Below the pieces are notes generated by a model. The model was not told where the DNA came from. It saw only the letters and a program-made list of their open reading frames with translations, and did no database searches. The translations under genes and the position numbers were made by a program. DNA of 63,761 nt, the filler included, from Octopus bimaculoides (taxonomy: Eukaryota), in assembly GCF_001194135.2 (NCBI RefSeq). It is 7 parts of 6 records of this genome, joined end to end, with 100 filler letters (N's around TTAATTAATTAA, not from the genome) between each part and the next. Parts side by side here need not be neighbours in the genome. Positions count along the whole stretch, not along the records: positions 1 to 26,850 come from NC_069003.1; 6 more parts are not named here. The stretch is one strand, 5' to 3'. Below, one piece after another: positions 11,163-24,862 of this stretch (its first letter is position 1; each line of letters opens with the position of its first letter).

Positions 11163-11423
11163 GGCGCAGGAGTGGCTGTGTGGTAAGTAGCTTGCTTACC
11201 AACCACATGGTTCTGGGTTCATTCCCACTGCGTGGCACCTTGGGCAAGTGTCTTCTACTATAGTCTCGGGCTGACCAAAGCCTTGTGAGTGGATTTGGTA
11301 GACGGAAACTGAAAGAAGCCCGTCGTATATATGTATATGTGTGTGTGTGTGTGTGTTTGTTTGTCTGTGTTTCCCCACCACCACCACCACCACCATCGCT
11401 TGGCAACCGATGCTGGTGTGTTT
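11163..11423 (+). mobile_element. SINE family A, runs into gap
   Basis: Complete head ggcgcaggagtggctgtgtggtaag...ggttctgggttcattcccactgcgtggcacc. Confidence 0.9.
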
Positions 11424-11736
11424 NNNNNNNNNNNNNNNNNNNNNNNNNNNNNNNNNNNNNNNNNNNNNNNNNNNNNNNNNNNNNNNNNNNNNNNNNNNNN
11501 NNNNNNNNNNNNNNNNNNNNNNNNNNNNNNNNNNNNNNNNNNNNNNNNNNNNNNNNNNNNNNNNNNNNNNNNNNNNNNNNNNNNNNNNNNNNNNNNNNNN
11601 NNNNNNNNNNNNNNNNNNNNNNNNNNNNNNNNNNNNNNNNNNNNNNNNNNNNNNNNNNNNNNNNNNNNNNNNNNNNNNNNNNNNNNNNNNNNNNNNNNNN
11701 NNNNNNNNNNNNNNNNNNNNNNNNNNNNNNNNNNNN

Positions 11737-11782
<46 letters not shown>

Positions 11783-12486
11783 CATATATACACGCGCGCG
11801 CTCAGATATCTCAATATACGTCCAGAGACGCAAGCGCATTATTACAAAGACATACTCCATGCGCATGCACAAAAACGTTCTATGACAGAGGGAGAGGGAA
11901 GAAGAAGAAGAAGAAAAAACAATAGCTGTAAGGCATTTTTAACTGAAGTCGAATCCCCTACTCCACTCCGATCCATCCCCCCACTCCACCACCACCACCA
12001 CCCGTGCCCGCATTTCTTTGCATTCCACTGCATCGAACGGTTTTTTTTCTGCTGCACAACAAAGACTGCACTCCGCTCTGCTGACTGATTTGACAGCAGT
12101 GGAAGGTGGTGGTGGTGGTGGTGGGAACGCAATGAAATACCAAACTGCTCTCTCTCTCTCTCTCCATTCTAATTCACCCTTACAAGCAATTTATAGCAGA
12201 GAGAGAGGGGGGGGTACTAAGAGAGTAAGGAAGGGAATGAAAGAGTGACGATGAAAAGGATGGGGGGAGGGAAGATGGGACGACGAGAGACGGGAATATG
12301 TAAGGGAAAAGGGGACGGTAAAAAGAAGAGAGAGGGATGGAGGGAGTGAAAAAGAACAGCAAGAAGACAGAGAAGGGGGATTAAAGAAAGAAGAAGGGGA
12401 GAATAGAGAAAGCAAGAGACTAGATATCAGCAATAGAAACAAATAGCATAGTGGAAGAGGTGGAGGGGGAATACTGGGGTGTAATG

Positions 12487-12520
<34 letters not shown>

Positions 12521-12526
12521 GCATAA

Positions 12527-12690
12527 GGTCGACCCCAGTATTTGGCTGGTGTAGTATTCTCTAAAGCCCGAAAACATGAAAGGCGAAGTTAACCCAGGTC
12601 AGACTTGAGCTGAGAACATTAAATATCCGGAACTACTACGGTAAGGCGCTTTATAGGACGCTCTACCGATTTTGCCAATCCAACTCTGTA
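12527..12690 (-). mobile_element. SINE family D, degenerate
   Basis: gtcgaccccagta..aaacatgaaaggcgaagtt..gagctgagaac..ttttgccaatcc blocks. Confidence 0.6.
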
Positions 12691-12739
12691 CGTATCTGTG
12701 TGCGTTTGTCTTTCTCCCAAACACACACATTTATTTATC

Positions 12740-12918
12740 AGTCGATAGAGGTGGTTTGTTTACGTTCTCAAAAACATTAGCGGTTCAGTAAAAGAAACCG
12801 ATAGAATAAGTACGAAACTTTAAAAATATAAGTACTAGGGTCAATCTGTTCGACTAAAACCCACCAAAGGCGGTGCTCCAGTATGACCGCAGCCCAATGG
12901 CTGAGATAAGTAAAAAGT
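12740..12918 (+). mobile_element. SINE family A, 3' half
   Basis: cggttcagtaaaagaaaccgatagaataagtac...ggcggtgctccagtatgaccgcag. Confidence 0.8.
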
Positions 12919-13029
12919 TAAGATATATATATATGTGCATTTAGTGTATGTTTTTCAACATGACTTTCTGTATTTTTTTTCTGTTCGTTTGTTTATAACT
13001 ATATAGGTTTGACTTCTGAATATATATAT

Positions 13030-13288
13030 ATAACTGGCACTCCACCGGTTGCTGCGACGAGCGTTCCAGTTGATCTGATCAACAGAACATCCTACTCGTG
13101 AAATTAACGTCGGAGTGGTTGAACACGCCACAGACATGCATGCTCTTAATATATACGACGGGCTTCTTTCAGTTTCCGTCTACCAAATCCACTCCCAAGG
13201 CTTTGGTCGGCCCGAGGCTATAGTAGAAGACACTTACCCAAGGTGTCACGTAGTGGGACTGAACCCGGAACCATGTGGTTGGTGAGCG
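13030..13288 (-). mobile_element. Adjacent SINE family C tail (13030-13150) and family A head (13151-13288)
   Basis: Reverse-complement matches to 25490-25590 and to the family A head. Confidence 0.8.
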
Positions 13289-14517
13289 AAGACGTATGCA
13301 CAGACACGTGCAGCGTTGTTTAAATCCAATTCAGTCCTGATTAGGCAGACAGACCTATGATCAAAAGCGTTCCAGCCATGACCATACCGTTCTTTTTTTT
13401 TTTTTGACATAGTATATCTACGACTGAACAATGTATTATTTTTTTCTTTTTTAAAGTAGTGTTAAGACGATGATGAGATATTTAGTTGTTATCTCTAGCA
13501 GTTCGGGTAGCCCCATAGAAATGCAAGCTCCTCTGTGTGTGAATGTGTGTGTCAGAGGCGGAGCCAGGTTCTAAAGTTGGTGGGGGAGCGAGCACATAAA
13601 AAAAAGGCGCCATGACACATACCAAACAATTTTTAACTCATTTCTCCTATATTACGCGAAATATTTCATTAGTTATGGCGCCTCTGTCGCGCTAACATAT
13701 ATTACGGTCATGATACATTCTTTTATTCTTTTATTGGTTTCAGCCCAAAGGTTGTGATCATGCAGGGGCACCGTATGTGCATAAATGTATCCTGCATTCA
13801 TTAGATTCATGTTTCAGTAACAATATCATTATGTATGAAACTTAGAATTGCTGATATAGGTGTGACGTGAAAGAGACGAAACTCTACAAGATCGTCCAGT
13901 GTGTAAAGGCTATGACGTCAGGGTTTGCTTCCCTTCTTCAGATGTCAGCAACCTACAATACGTCACAGGAGATTCAGGCAGACAGTTTCAAAAACCACGG
14001 GTGGTCGGTCAATAAAGTAATGACTTCAGAAAGTTCTTCCAATGCCATACGATTGACAAAACAAGAGATTCGACTTTTAGTGCACTAAAGAGTAAAAAAA
14101 AAAAATTGAAAATGAGCCAGTTTTTCAAAAATGTGCTCGAAGGAAGCGGTCGCCCCTCCCTTAGCTGATTATATATATATACTCTTTTACTTGTTCCAGT
14201 CATTTTGACTGTGACCATGCTGGAGCACCGCCTTTTAGTCGAGCAAATCAATACAGACACACACATCGAAGTAAAGCCACATTCTTTGCAGTTATTCTGA
14301 TTAAAAATGTAGACCGACTAGTTATGCATAAATACACGCAGACAAGTAGAAGTATGTGTGCTGTCACACATACACACACAAACACATATAAGGTCCTGGG
14401 TAGTGTATTTCCAGAGAAGCACTCAACCCGAGTTCTGGACTATCAACATTGTCGGATTCCAGGCTAATACTCGAATTCTTCAAATATAGAAAATCCCGGT
14501 TTCAGAGCGGTAAAAAC

Positions 14518-14559
<42 letters not shown>

Positions 14560-15659
14560 CTAGCAAAGAGTACACTATAATCCAAATAATAAAACAAAGA
14601 AATCCTTTACCACATCTTTAATGATTTGTAACAATTGTTTCTGTACCAACTCGGCTTGCAAACCCTGTTTATGCAACACTTGAATTGAAAATTTAGCTAA
14701 TATTTGCGGTAGTACTTCATTAGGCTTGCATCAAAGGTGCGCTCTTATATCGTGCGTCCAAAATTTGAACAGAAATACAACAAAGGAACAAACGGAAAAT
14801 TCACACACAGGATAGGACGTTGCTAATTTCTCCTCAGTTATCGTCCAAAAAGTTCTTACAATCTTGACGCCTTTAACGATAATATTATTCACTTTTGATG
14901 GCGTTAGCAGCGAGAAGCTACTGGAAGTAGCGAACGAACAGGGGACAGTGACGAAAGCAAAAACGACAAAATGTGAATATACAAACAAAATAAAGTCTTG
15001 CGTCTCTAAGACGAGGCGAATATATGGGTAACGCAAGGAAAATGTTCAATAGGACTGGAAACGGGGGGGGGAGGAAGGAAAATGAAATGAACGGTGAAAA
15101 ATCAAACTATGTTGAAAGTAGAGGAGATGAGAGAAATGGATTCGATCAATTAAGCGATCGGGCGAAAAAAGAAAAAAGATTAGAATGACCACGGGTCANN
15201 NNNNNNNNNNNNNNNNNNNNNNNNNNNNNNNNNNNNNNNNNNNNNNNNNNNNNNNNNNNNNNNNNNGAAGGAGAGAGAAAAGTGGTAGAGGGCAGAGACG
15301 GAACGCAAGGGAGAGGAAAGCGGGCGAGAGAGGGAAGAGGAGAGAGAGAGGGGGGGAGAGAGAGACGTTGCATAAAAAATGTTCCTTTGAATGGGTACAA
15401 AAGAAATAAGAAGCGTGCGTAGCGTTACATTAAATAAGTTCGAAAATTATTATATATATATATATATATATATAATACAAATAATATATGAGTATATGCA
15501 TATATACGTACATATATGTACAGATGCATATCTGGGTACAGGACGTTGCAAAAAGACGTGGACAAAATGATAAACAGAGTACAGAAAACACACAGGCCAC
15601 ATAGAGAACATTTCCTTCATCGGCTGCGTTTAGGCTTTCTTCTCGTTTTTTACGTTCTG

Positions 15660-15803
15660 GTTTCAAATACTGTTGAGGTCAGCTTTGTCTTTCATCCTTT
15701 CAGGGTCGATGAAATACAGTACGAGTTCAATACTAAGGTCAATGCTATCGACTTACAACCCCCACACCTTCCTCTCAAAATTACTGGCCTTGTGTCAAAA
15801 TAA
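15660..15803 (+). mobile_element. SINE family D, 3' part
   Basis: gaggtcagctttgtctttcatcctttcagggtcgatgaaat...ggccttgtgtc. Confidence 0.7.
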
Positions 15804-17065
15804 AAAAAAAACCCATTGTATCTCGTGTCTCCTCACAGCAATTAATATGATTTTCGTAATTAACATGCAAAACTACAAAAAGTACAAACAAAATATTATA
15901 AATCGGGCTCTTAGTGTAAAAGTATAAACAAATTCCCTAATGTATAATTTGCTGTCTCCACTCTCGGACAAAAATAATAGAAGAGGAGATAGTCACGGAC
16001 GGGATATTTTTGATCCCAAGTTTACTGAATCTCAACCGACTTGCAGCTATAAACGTCATCACCCTATGAATTATTTCTGTCCGCACCATTTACATTGCCA
16101 CTTTCTCTTTCCTCGTGTCTGTCTGCTGGTTTCACCCGTTTATCTGTCTATTAACGTTGTGAACCACCTCTCTCTCTCTGTGCCTTTCTCACTACCTGTC
16201 AAATTATCTGTCTATCTGTCTGAGTGGGTCGGTAAACTAGTCAACGTTGACCACCTAAATAAAGGGTCTTATATGGCGATCCAAGGGGTCGAGAAGGATT
16301 TTAAGCATTAAAGGTGCTGAATCATTTAATGAACCGAATCAAGAAGAGTGTGGATAATTTAAAGTTAAAATCTCACTAATATCCAGTCAATCATTGATAC
16401 AACTAGTTCTCACCATTAAATATTCCGACTAGATCAATATACCAGCACCGAATTTTTATCGCTTTTTTTTTTTTTTTAATCAATTTCATTAAGTATTTTC
16501 ATCAAATTTCTTATTGAAATGCGGTTATGACTTAACAGAACGAAGAAGTCATTGTTTGTAAACCAAGAACTTTTTTTATTATGTATATATTTTAATTCTA
16601 TTTTATAAATTTACAAGATGTGGGTTGATAAATAATCAACGACTCCATGAAGGGGGTCGATGATTAAGAATTCTGCTGACCTCTGATCTAACACGTCTTT
16701 GTCAGTTTTTCATTGTTCGGATTACATCTGCCAACAACACAACCATCTCGATGTCTTGGACGCCTGACCAGCTAGATTTAGCAACCAAACCGCACTCAAA
16801 CCACAACCTGTCGACTTAAAATAAGATACATTGAATAATGTAGTTCTGGGTAAACTATGAATAAAATATAAAAAAAATAAACAAGACGGGACTGGAAGAG
16901 GTCTTACTAAATGAGAACAGACCCAGAAATAACAAGAACACTATGTAATCTAATGAAGCTCGACTGCAAAAGGTACACTTTTTAAAGATTTGTCTATCAT
17001 GCCGAAGAAAGAATTTATACGAATACAAAATATTTGTGTTTATGTTCTCATTAATAAGAAGGGCA

Positions 17066-17265
17066 GGCGGTGAGCTGGCAGAAACGTTAGCACGCCGGGC
17101 GAAATGCTTACGTTCTGAGTTCAAATTCCACCGAGGTCGACTTTGTTTTTCATCCTTTCGGGGTCGATAAATCAAGTACCAGTTGCGTACTGGGCTCGAT
17201 CTAATCGACTGGCCTCCACTCCCCCACCCAAATTTCGAGCCTTGGGTCTAGAGTTTGAAAAGAAT
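17066..17265 (+). mobile_element. SINE family D (tRNA-derived)
   Basis: ggcggtgagctggcagaaacgttagcacgccgggcgaaatgctta...gagttcaaattcc (B-box)...aaagaat tail. Confidence 0.85.
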
Positions 17266-18823
17266 CGTTAACATGCTGGCAAAATGCTATGACAAGTTCT
17301 GGGTTCCTTTGCATATGGAGAAAAAGACGAGACGGTCACAGCTGGATTGGAGTGCATCTGAGTAAAGTTCTGCTCAAACACGGGCTAACCTGGGGTTCGA
17401 CAGGATGGACATAGTCGGATTGCCTACTTGATCAATGGATGACCTGGGGTTAAACAGCAACCACCACAATCACCTCAAACGGTCCTGTAATGTACTTAGT
17501 CCTCTTTCAATCTATTTCAACAACTATCATCATCACCACCACCATCATGTATGGGTCAATAGCTTATTTCCATTAACCCGCCCCCCTCTCTCTCTCCATT
17601 TCCCGCTACTATTTAACATTTAGCTGGAATTAGCTCTTATTCTTTTTCTCGCCACTTGCAGTTATTTCAATGGCGGTATTACACATCGATTCACTTGGTC
17701 AACAACAACAATTTATAAAGGCATAGCAGATTCATTATCTCCTATAAGCGATGACACACAAACAACGTGCGTGTGTGTGTGTGTGTGTGTATGTGTGTGT
17801 GTGTACATACTCTGTCACAAATACACTTGCATTCATGCCTACCTCTTGTCTCATGTTCCTAAACAAAAGATGGTCTTTTTTTCCTTTTTCCTTTTCGCTC
17901 ATTGTGTTTTCTTCGGTTTTGGATTTATATTTCAGTGAGAAATATTTACGTAATTAAGTTTTAAAAAATCTATGTATATGTAAGACACACACACACATAC
18001 GTATGTGTGTATGTGTCCATGTATATATTTATAAATCATAACTAAACGGATCATAATTATTATGACGCCGATAATAATAATCATATATGTGTGTATTTAT
18101 ATGAATGTCTGTGTGTATATAAATATATAAACACACACACACGTGTATGTGTATTTATTTATGTACATTCCCTCCGCTTTCATTACTGTTATGACAGTAA
18201 TGATAACAGTGGCTATACACGTTTATAAGATCAGATATGTGTGTATATTTATGTATGTATGTATATATATATATATTCAGATATGCGTGTGTGTGTTTGT
18301 GTGAGTGCATAACACTTCAACAATTTACACACAGTAGATTTATATCTATGCTGGGTCAAACATATTCAGCTTTATCTCGTTCGCTATTCAGACATCACGT
18401 AGGTCTTAACGTCACATCTTTCGCTTGTATTTCCATTTTCTGTCCTTCGAACAACAACAACAACAACAACAACTAGAACCACAACAAAAACGAAATGATA
18501 ATATCTTTTCATGTGTGAAAGGGAGAGGCACAGAATCCTCCCCCCCCCCCAACGCACAACCCCAATAAATAAAACTGAAGAAGGAATGCGACATTATGAA
18601 TCTTCAATGGGCAGATGTTCTAAAACCATGCTTGATGAAATTTCCCCGGTCCCCGGAATGGAGAACAATCAGTTTCTTCTTACTTCTATGGACACTATTC
18701 CTGGTGTTGTTTGGCACCAACACCTCACATCTTATCTAGGAACTAATACTGCAAGCCTTTTGTGTCTGGCTCTCAAACGATTCTACCAATCCACTAGCTT
18801 TATTTCTTTAATATAATAATAAT

Positions 18824-19247
18824 AGTCTTTCCTAATTTTGGCACGAGGCTAGAAAATTTAAGGGGAGGGAGCAAGTCGATTACATGACTGTTTCATTATT
18901 TCATCGACCCCGAAGACAAAATTCACCTGGCACGATTTCAACTCGGAATGTACAGTACCGAAAGAAATACTGCATTCCTTTCCATACCATTCTACCAGCT
19001 AGATAATAATAATAATAANNNNNNNNNNNNNNNNNNNNNNNNNNNNNNNNNNNNNNNNTAATAATAATAGTCTTTCCTAATTTTGGCACGAGGCTAGAAA
19101 ATTTAAGGGGAGGGAGCAAGTCGATTACATGACTGTTTCATTATTTCATCGACCCCGAAGACAAAATTCACCTGGCACGATTTCAACTCGGAATGTACAG
19201 TACCGAAAGAAATACTGCATTCCTTTCCATACCATTCTACCAGCTAG
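18824..19247 (-). mobile_element. SINE family D, present twice around a 40-N gap
   Basis: 18824-19018 and 19071-19260 are identical ~190-bp copies, so probably an unmerged contig overlap. Confidence 0.7.
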
Positions 19248-19285
<38 letters not shown>

Positions 19286-19334
19286 CCTTTCTACTACAGG
19301 CACAAGGCCTGAAATTTTAAGAGAGGGATTATAT

Positions 19335-20289
19335 TGGTACAAAAGGTTCAAAGACAGTACAGAGGAGGTGAGAAATGATGAGAGGTGTTGGAAAGAGAGG
19401 GACATCAGAACATCAGAGTTAACTGAGAATATTCGCAACTTTCTGGATGAAGACCGTTATGTGTCTATAAAGACAATAAGTATAGAGTTTGGAGTTGGTG
19501 TGGCAACTGTACACAGAATTATTCATGAAGATCTGAACATGCGCAAAGTTTGTTCCCAGGGTGCTTAGTGACGAACAGAAGGAACACACGCATTGGTAAT
19601 TGCAGGGAGATAGTTGAGCTCATTACCTCTACTCTGTGAATACATGAGTCTGGTGACCGGTGACAAAAATTAAATCTGTCGTGACCCAGACAGAGACCAA
19701 GAGATAGGATGCCCAAAGGAAGCATCTTGGCTTCTCCAGACCCAAGAAAACCAAGCAAAGCAAGTTCACTGAGAAGTTCATGGTGATCCCCTTTTCGACA
19801 GCAAGGGTATCATTTACGTCCACTGCGTTCCCCCTGGCCAGACGATCAACAAAGAGTACTTTGTGGAGGTTTTAATAGAGTTCAAGAAGAGAATTCGTCG
19901 CAAAAGGCCAGACCTCTTCTACTCGAGTCGGTGACACCTGCACTAGCATACTGTACAAGTTGGTAACCAACCTGACAGAGATGGACATCAAAACTGTCCC
20001 TCACCCTCCATACAGTGTAGCCCTTGTTCTTTGTGATTTTTAGCTGTTTCCCAAGCTGCAGAACCTCAGGGGCAGTCTTTTTAAAGACACTGAGAAGATG
20101 AAGGAGTTTGTGACAAGGGTCTTGGACACCTTCACTTTAGAGGACTTCCATGGGGCCTTCGCAAAGAGGCTGAGCACTATGACAAGTGCATTGAAGCCAG
20201 AAGATCATCTTTTAAAAGAGATTATAGTTTTGTACTTTGAAATTAATGTCTTTCCTGAAAAAGTTTTAAAACTTCTGGACTGCACCCCG
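19335..20289 (+). pseudogene. 5'-truncated mariner transposase relic with right TIR
   Basis: HTH region (..RYVSIKTISIEFGVGVATVHRIIHEDLNMRKVCS..), LVTGD and PHPPYSVALVLCDF*LFPKL (YSPDL motif) with stops and frameshifts; ends aaacttctggactgcaccccg followed by TA. Confidence 0.9.
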
Positions 20290-21054
20290 TATAGGCATAT
20301 TTTGTACATGAGCACATGATCTTACAATCACGTTACATATATTTTCTAAGGATTTTCAAAAAGCAGTAGTTTTAGTTTAAGCTAAAGCTTTGAATTTACA
20401 ACATATTTGACACATTACGTTTAAAAACTACAAATATATTATTCACATTCACTGCAAAAGTTTCTGAAGAACAACATGTCTTGTATAGACAGAGGAGGCA
20501 CCAACACACCTCGGTGTTCTTAAATTTCTATCTGTAATTTAAAATTACTTGTTTATTTGTTTTTCCTCTGCTCAGTCACAAAGTCTAATATCCATATTGT
20601 GAGGAGCTATCTTCAAGCGTTGGTGCATGAGACACTAAGTCACTGGATCGGTCAGTTATTTGAAGTTTATAACTTTCATGTGTATTCCTATCATTGTTTT
20701 TTTTTTTTTAAGCAGTCTGTCAAGCTTGGGCGACGATAATGAAGGAATCTCTTTTAAATGTTGCGATGCACGACAAATCATCAGAATTTATGAACATTAA
20801 AATATTAGTTAAGTGGAATGAACTTTCAAATGCAAAAAAATAAACAGAACAAAACAGAGACGCAGTTTGATAATTTAGAAAACTTCAAACTGTTACATAA
20901 AACATGATGAGACAAAAACGACAGCAGAAAAGAAAAAAACAAAAACAGAACTCCAGCTCGTGTCGAATGATTTCGAAACGAAACCTTATAAAGTGGAACA
21001 AATTCAACTGCTTAAAACGCTTAAGTGTTACTCACAAAATAAAAGTATGTATAT

Positions 21055-21980
21055 TGGGTAATCCCATAAATAATGCGGTTTTTTTTAATTGCATGAACTA
21101 AAAGTTGGAGGGGGGCGGGATACACTACCTGCATCAACTTGCTATAAAAGCAGGTAGCAATTTTACAGTTACATATATTCTTAGTGACAGTTTTGAAGAG
21201 TGCACTTCGATTTTAACTTATTTTTTCACAGCTATAATGGAAGTGACAAAGGAGCAAATTCGGCATATTTTGCTTTATGAATTCAATAAAGGCAACAACG
21301 CAACGGAAAGTGCGAGGAATATTAATGTAGTATATGAGGATCGGACAATAAGCGTAAGCCAGTGTCAACGGTGGTTCCGGAAATTACAAGCCTCGTCCTG
21401 GAAGATCCATAGAGCTCGACGAGAACGTCCTGCAAACCCTAGTGGAACAAAATCCCATCGTAACTGTTGAGGAACCAGCAGAGAAGCTTGGATTTGATCA
21501 TTCAACCATTCATCGACACCTGCGTAGCATCGGAAAATGACCATCTTTGGTTTCAAAACAAAAGGTATTCTTCCATCAGGNNNNNNNNNNNNNNNNNNNN
21601 NNNNNNNNNNNNNNNNNNNNNNNNNNNNNNNNNNNNNNNNNNNNNNNNNNNNNNNNNNNNNNNNNNNNNNNNNNNNNNNNNNNNNNNNNNNNNNNNNNNN
21701 NNNNNNNNNNNNNNNNNNNNNNNNNNNNNNNNNNNNNNNNNNNNNNNNNNNNNNNTATCATTTATTCCGCAGTCTCCAAAATCATTTGGAGGAGAACTTT
21801 TTGTCACGGAAAAGTGATTTTTGGAAGAGAGGCTTTGCAAGTCAACAAGATAGATGATGTAAGATCATTGTAGAAAAAAAAAGGAGAGTATATTTTAGAC
21901 TAAAAAAGAACTTTGCTTATCTTAATTTTGAAAAATAAAAGAAGTATAAAAAAAAATGCATTATCTATGGGATGACCCAA
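21055..21980 (+). mobile_element. Internally deleted mariner, Hsmar1/cecropia-like
   Basis: ~30-bp TIRs ttgggt(a/c)atcccata(a/g)ataatgc with TA on both sides; ATG 21237 gives MEVTKEQIRHILLYEFNKGNNATESARNIN...QRWFRK, a mariner N-terminal HTH; includes a gap. Confidence 0.9.
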
Positions 21981-22164
21981 TACAAAGACACGTAGCGTAT
22001 TGTATTATATATATGAAGGATTGATATAATTTGAAATGTATTAAGTGAAAAAAGTCTTGTGTGATGGGATGTATTTCCTATTATATATTAAGCAGATCTG
22101 AAATGTACGAATTAAATACTTTCAAGATAGCATTATTTGGTTTGACTTCATTAGTTGTGTTTGT

Positions 22165-22470
22165 GTGTGTGTAAACGGGTACTCCATCGGTTACGATGAC
22201 AAGGGTTCCAGTTGATCCTATCAACGGAATAGCCAACTCGTGAAACTAACGTGCAAGTGACTAAGCACTCCACGCGTAAACTTATGGTTACGCGCACGGA
22301 GATTCGACGTAACACAGAATGTAACGAGGCTGATCCTTTGATATTCGGACACTTCTCATTTTTGCCAGCTGAGTGGACTGGAGCAACGTGAAATAAAGTG
22401 TCGCCGGACATATCGAACTCACAACCCTACGATCGGGAGCCAAATATCCTAAAAAGTAAGGCACGCGCCT
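22165..22470 (-). mobile_element. SINE family B/C (tRNA head plus core)
   Basis: Reverse complement of gaaggcgcgtg...tcgtagggttgtgagttcgat head, ctccagtccactcagctggcaaaaatgag core and family C tail. Confidence 0.75.
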
Positions 22471-22519
22471 TCACCATGTGTGTGTATACAGTAATATTGA
22501 AGTGAAACCAAATAAAATC

Positions 22520-22847
22520 GCGGAAGCTGTGTGGTAAGAAGTTTGCTTTCCAACCACATGGTTGCAATTTCAGTCCCACTGCATGGCACCTTGAGCAAGT
22601 GTCTTTTATATAGCCTCAAGCCGACCAAAACCTTGTGAGTGGATTTGGTAGACGGAAACTGAAAGAAGCCCGTTATGTGTGTGTTTGTCCCCTACTACTG
22701 CTTGACAACCGGTATTGGTGTACTTATATCCTAGTAAACTAGCGGATCGGCAAAAAAATGATCGACAGAATAAATACCAGGTTTTAGAAATAATAAGAAG
22801 TAATGGGGTTGAAAATTTCAACTAAAATTTCTTCAAGGCGATGCCCC
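22520..22847 (+). mobile_element. SINE family A
   Basis: Family head, body and tail up to the gap. Confidence 0.85.
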
Positions 22848-23438
22848 NNNNNNNNNNNNNNNNNNNNNNNNNNNNNNNNNNNNNNNNNNNNNNNNNNNNN
22901 NNNNNNNNNNNNNNNNNNNNNNNNNNNNNNNNNNNNNNNNNNNNNNNNNNNNNNNNNNNNNNNNNNNNNNNNNNNNNNNNNNNNNNNNNNNNNNNNNNNN
23001 NNNNNNNNNNNNNNNNNNNNNNNNNNNNNNNNNNNNNNNNNNNNNNNNNNNNNNNNNNNNNNNNNNNNNNNNNNNNNNNNNNNNNNNNNNNNNNNNNNNN
23101 NNNNNNNNNNNNNNNNNNNNNNNNNNNNNNNNNNNNNNNNNNNNNNNNNNNNNNNNNNNNNNNNNNNNNNNNNNNNNNNNNNNNNNNNNNNNNNNNATCT
23201 CTGGCTCTCTAAGCTAAAAAACACAAAGTTATGGGCCGCTTCACAACCATTCCTCCTCCAGCATGTATGTCAAACAAATAAAACACAAACACTACGTATA
23301 AGTGCGTGGTTTTACACACACACACATACACGCATATATGTTGACGATGCACATTCGTTTTTGATTTTTAATATCATTTACGCGATGGTGATGAAGATGG
23401 TGAGACGATGACGTCTGTAACAAAGGTTTTTCTTCAAA

Positions 23439-23475
<37 letters not shown>

Positions 23476-23527
23476 TCAACAAGTGAGAAAAAGAAAAAAA
23501 ATTCTGGAAGATTTGGTTATAAAGTAG

Positions 23528-23900
23528 GGGCAGGCGTGGTTATGTGGCAAGAAGCCTGCATCCAAACCATATAGGTACCGGGTTCAGTTTCACTGCGTGG
23601 AACCTTAGGCAAAGTGTCTTCTACTATAGCTTCGGGCCGACCAAAGCCTTGTGAGTGGATTCGATAGACAGGGACTGAAAGAAGCCCATAGGGTGTGTGT
23701 GTGTGTTCCCCACCACCGCTTGACAACCAGTGTTGGTGCGTTTACGTCCTCGTAACCTTAGCGGTTCGGCAACATACACCGATAGAGTAGGTACCAGGCT
23801 TTAAAAAAAAACAAAAAGAACTGGGATCGATACATTCGACTAAAAATTCTTCAAGGCAGTGTCCCAGCATGGCCGTAGTCTGATGACTTTCTTTTTTCTC
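23528..23900 (+). mobile_element. SINE family A
   Basis: Full-length family match. Confidence 0.85.
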
Positions 23901-24224
23901 TAAAAGATGTGCGTGTTTATTTATACACACACACACACACATCGCAAATGTAGACCGACACCATCATTTTAGAAAGATTTATTCCTAGAAACAGAATAAT
24001 GTTCTTCAATGCATTTAAACAATCTAGTATTTCCGTAGACATATCTTGGGCAGTTTTTAATGATTTAACTTGTTTGAGCCTCACACTAATAAGTAATGTC
24101 TGCACAGATATGGCAGTATAATGAGGAGTATTTATTTACTTTCGAGGTGTGTGTGTGTGTATAGGTATATATATATTTGCTTGTATATGTATATTTATAT
24201 GTGTACATATATATAAATACATAG

Positions 24225-24632
24225 GAATGGCTGTGTGGTAAGTAGCTTGCTCACCAACCACATGGTTCCGGGTTCAGTCCCACTGTGTGGCACCTTGGGC
24301 AAGTGTCTTCTACTATAGCCTTGGGCAAGAGGCTTCTACTCTAGCCTCGGGCAAACCAGAGCCTTGAGTGGATTTGGTAGACGAAAACTGAAAAGAAGCC
24401 CGTCGTATATATGTATATATATATATATGTTTGTGTGTCTGTGTCTGTCCCCCAACATCGCTTGACAACCGATGCTGTGTGTTTACGTCCCCGTAACTTA
24501 GCGGTTCGGCAAAAAGCGCTAAGTTAGAATAAGTAATAGGATTACAAAGAATAAGCTCTGAGGTCGATTTGCTCGACTAAAGGCGGTGCTCCAGCATGGC
24601 CGCAGTCAAATGACTGAAACAAGTAAAAGAGA
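24225..24632 (+). mobile_element. SINE family A, well conserved
   Basis: Full-length, with a small internal duplication at about 24305-24355. Confidence 0.9.
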
Positions 24633-24649
24633 TATTTATATGTATGTGT

Positions 24650-24860
24650 GAAGGCACGTGGCCTAATAATTAGGGTGTCGCACTCACGATGCTTGATCGT
24701 GGGTTCGATTTCCAGACCGGGTGGTGTGTTGTGTTCTTGAGCAAAACACTTCATTTCACGTTGCTCCACTCACCTTTTTCGATCAGTGGGGTGGGGGGTG
24801 GCCTGCTCACCTAACCAGCGGGATGGCATCATATGAAGGCTAAAACAATGTAAAAAAGCA
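24650..24860 (+). mobile_element. SINE family B-like (tRNA head plus core)
   Basis: aaggcacgtggccta...gggttcgatttcc...gtgttcttgagcaaaacacttcatttcacgttgctcc. Confidence 0.7.
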
Positions 24861-24862
24861 TT

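Noticed and set aside
13553-13686. Small hAT MITE (CAGAGGCG...CGCCTCTG)
   Set aside because: Only an 8-bp inverted match and no 8-bp TSD.
14731-15036. 101-aa minus ORF and overlapping plus-strand open frame
   Set aside because: No recognisable domain or convincing splice-site pair; similar for the ORFs at 6198-6634 and 18511-18816.
18810-19260. Exact ~190-bp tandem duplication
   Set aside because: Identical copies on either side of an N gap indicate an unmerged contig overlap; the same pattern occurs at 10065-10147.
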